A stretch of 63,017 bases of DNA, filler included, from Folioceros fuciformis (lineage: Eukaryota), in NCBI GenBank assembly GCA_049999805.1. It is 20 parts of 20 records of this genome, joined end to end, with 100 filler letters (N's around TTAATTAATTAA, not from the genome) between each part and the next. Parts side by side here need not be neighbours in the genome. Positions count along the whole stretch, not along the records: positions 61,765 to 63,017 come from JBNGIO010006835.1; 19 more parts are not named here. One strand, 5' to 3'. A program made the position numbers and the translations under genes. The notes beneath the pieces were generated by a model. It did not search any database, was not told where the DNA came from, and was given only the letters and a program-made list of their open reading frames with translations. Positions 61,901-63,017 of this stretch are shown piece after piece (the stretch's first letter is position 1; every line of letters starts with the position of its first letter).

Positions 61901-62299
61901 GGTATTCGTATTCCTATACTTCTTTTCTATTTTTCTGGATTTAATTCCAGAAATTCCGACTCTGCTCTTTCTCACCTGCTTTCTTCTCCTCACAATCCGG
62001 GACCTATCCCAGCACCCTGGGATCAATTTCCCAAGCCCGAGGAACTGTTTCGGCTGGAAGCCGATTTGCTGAATAAGCTGCCGATTTCAGGCCCGATTCC
62101 GGCTGCTTATCACACTTCTTCTCACCACTTCCCTATCTTCTCCCACTGCTCATACTCTTCCCATGGAGGCATGCTCAGCCACCAAGGGGGAACAGTTGCA
62201 GGGGAAGGCTTTACGGGCACCCATCCAGCAAGGAAGAAGTGGCGTTCGCAAGATCTTTGAAGATCACGCATCCTTCAAGGTCTCAGGATAGCTTAATAG

Positions 62300-63017
62300 G
62301 TGGGAGGTACTTGTGGTGGAAGGGTCAATAGGTGGTCGGGCTAGCTCATTAATATTGACGGCGGGACATGCTAGGAAAGTCTAAATAAGTGGCTAGTGAC
62401 AACCGGCTAGGCTAGTTGTCTTATTAAAATAATAATTTTCAAGGTAAAGAGAGGTGAGGTAAGAGAGAGAGAGGCTCCTATAAGATAGAGTGAGCCCTTA
62501 GGAGGCAGGGTGTCACTTTATGATCTCTCTTGGGCTGCCCCTGCTTGGATATAGCAGTGTGTGCTGGCTGTGCATGTGTGCAGCGTCTGGTAAAGCTTTG
62601 AGAAGTAGTGACCAGAGTTAAGGGCTAGATCCCTTTGATTCTTGATCATGCTCTCCGTGTCGTGCCCCATGATTTGTCATTCTTGTTTCCTCGCAGGGTT
62701 GGAGTGAGTGCCGACCATGCTTGCATGGTGTCTGGTAGGATCGTGGGTGGCGGCATGCTCTTCTTTGGAGTTAGTCTAGTGTCTCTTGCCGAGTGGGGGA
62801 GTCAATAGGGAAGTGTAGAAGGTAGTGGTGCTATTGCTAGTTGCTGGTGCTGGAGTGAGTGAGGGAAGTCACAGATTTGAAAGGTTAATGTCGTTGTAGT
62901 GATTGGAGTACATTTTTGGGCACCAAGAGAGGTGCAATTGACTGCTGGACAGGGAGGACTGTCCCACGTATGATCGAAGCTGAAGGGGAGCCCTTGAATC
63001 CGTCATCGAGTCGATTG
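62300..63017 (+). repeat. Probable retrotransposon LTR/UTR repeat
   Basis: Homologous to 4265-4703. TATA-like cctataag at ~62476 follows a GA-rich tract. The left boundary is uncertain. Confidence 0.6.

Noticed and set aside
1..63017. tRNA, rRNA, CRISPR or organellar sequence
   Set aside because: None recognised by eye. tRNAscan-SE and Rfam were not run.

Overview
This is not a contiguous locus. It is 20 short contigs joined by 19 identical 100-nt artificial spacers (N44-TTAATTAATTAA-N44), so adjacency across a spacer is meaningless. The DNA is nuclear genome of a non-seed land plant with motile sperm: IFT74 and an SFI1-like gene are present, introns are mostly about 80-250 nt, and there is a PLS-class PPR gene. 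A hornwort-like bryophyte is my guess and cannot be confirmed here. Recognisable genes are DREPP/PCaP1, IFT74, a CCT-domain protein, CSN2, SUVH, HMG-CoA reductase, a BAT2-N protein, a PLS-PPR, laccase, a DUF604 glycosyltransferase, a 4xZZ zinc-finger protein, SFI1-like, MSL1, Sec14/CRAL-TRIO, a TBC RabGAP and DUF819. There is also Ty1/Copia and LINE debris. The most notable observations are: terminally redundant (circular or tandem) Copia-derived contigs, one with a permuted RT-RH-IN ORF; a decayed exon resembling a beta-class N4/N6 DNA methyltransferase; a gene of four NBR1-type ZZ fingers, each split by a phase-2 intron at the same position; and a tandemly duplicated small myristoylation-motif orphan gene. 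All family assignments come from motif recognition by eye, not database searches.
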